DNA of 64,000 nt from a virus. Taxonomy: Duplodnaviria > Heunggongvirae > Uroviricota > Caudoviricetes. This document shows positions 63,403 to 64,000 of this stretch, piece after piece. The stretch lies in the IMG/VR virus record IMGVR_UViG_2671180921_000012; one strand, written 5' to 3'. The translations under genes were made by a program, and so were the position numbers. The notes under the pieces are model-generated. The model saw only the letters and a list, made by a program, of their open reading frames with translations. It made no database searches and was not told the DNA's origin. The stretch's first letter is position 1, and every line of letters starts with the position of its first letter.

Positions 63403-63611
63403 TATTGTGAGTCTGGCTGGTTAGTGGCCATGAGATATTCGATTGTGTCAGTGAGATCATCCAGGTCGTCTTGGGTGATGCGGTACTCCTGATTGGATAT
63501 CTTTGAGTAGTGTTCAGCAATGGCGCGGGCAGCGTCGGTTTCGGCGGGGTCTACAGATAAAGCGTTAGAGCAATGTCTAACGTCGTCGATGGTTGGTGGA
63601 ATGAAAGCCAT
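63402..63611 (-). CDS. coi: Coi, C1 inactivator (69 aa)
   Basis: 69 aa ORF directly upstream of c1. Confidence 0.6.
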   Translation of the reverse strand: MAFIPPTIDDVRHCSNALSVDPAETDAARAIAEHYSKISNQEYRITQDDLDDLTDTIEYLMATNQPDSQ

Positions 63612-63849
63612 AATTATGCCTCACTGTATTGACAACACAGAGCCTGAAGCTCTGACCTACTGTTTCACCCATGATCCATGCTGGGGTAATCTAACAACAT
63701 TGCGCTGTGTGTAAGATGAGCAATGCATAGCTGTAATGCCGTTGTATAAGGTTTCCCTGTTTGCTCATTTCCTTCTGAGCCGCTCTACAACGCTGAAGAC
63801 ACATTAAATAGTGAATCCAAAGTCGTATTACGAAACGGCGGCAAAACTA

Positions 63850-63866
63850 TAATTTATTAGAGCAAT
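63850..63866 (-). promoter_or_regulatory. C1 operator (AATTGCTCTAATAAATT region, 16/17)
   Basis: Near-perfect consensus upstream of coi/c1. Confidence 0.7.
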
Positions 63867-63932
63867 TGTCAAACAACTATGAAAAACAATCCAGTTTTTG
63901 GCTGGTGGAGTGGGATTTTTCTCTCAAAATTT

Positions 63933-63949
63933 ATTGCTCTAATAATTCT
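63933..63949 (+). promoter_or_regulatory. C1 operator (ATTGCTCTAATAATTCT)
   Basis: 14/17 to consensus; clustered with the operator at 63850. Confidence 0.6.
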
Positions 63950-64000
63950 TGATTTTTATGCGCAGCTGGACGTAAACTCCTCTTCAGACCTAATAACTTC

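Noticed and set aside
63558-63574. Weak operator-like sequence ending TTAGAGCAAT
   Set aside because: Only the right half matches the operator; left half diverged (12/17); not called

Overview
The whole 64-kb window is one contiguous stretch of a P1-family phage-plasmid (Enterobacteriaceae plasmid prophage); gene calls rest on reading the translations and on recalled P1 synteny, with no database search run. Reading left to right: tail fibre S (partial), a minus-strand baseplate/tail operon including the 1140-aa Sit tape-measure/transglycosylase, low-GC secreted sim-like morons, the immI region (c4 antisense RNA, icd, ant1), kilA, repL, a hok/mok/sok type I toxin-antitoxin locus, the head/sheath operon, parS-parB-parA, a plasmid replicon with a RepFIB-like RepA flanked by iterons and an oriR with GATC repeats and a DnaA box, hrdC-dmt, three tRNA genes, ban helicase, a second baseplate operon, a long plus-strand early block (ppp phosphatase, nucleases, Ea22-like paralogs, hot, humD, phd-doc), lpa, pacA with its hexamer pac site, pacB, c1 and coi. 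At least 13 C1-type operators (ATTGCTCTAATAAATTT) mark the immunity-controlled promoters. The most unusual content is a 1.3-kb array of five covarying structured RNA-like elements interleaved with the tRNA genes; other points of interest are a GIY-YIG/T5orf172 gene between incA and parA, a likely overlapped spanin pair, a frameshifted coiled-coil gene, and a conserved late-promoter motif. No integrase, transposase or CRISPR array was seen.
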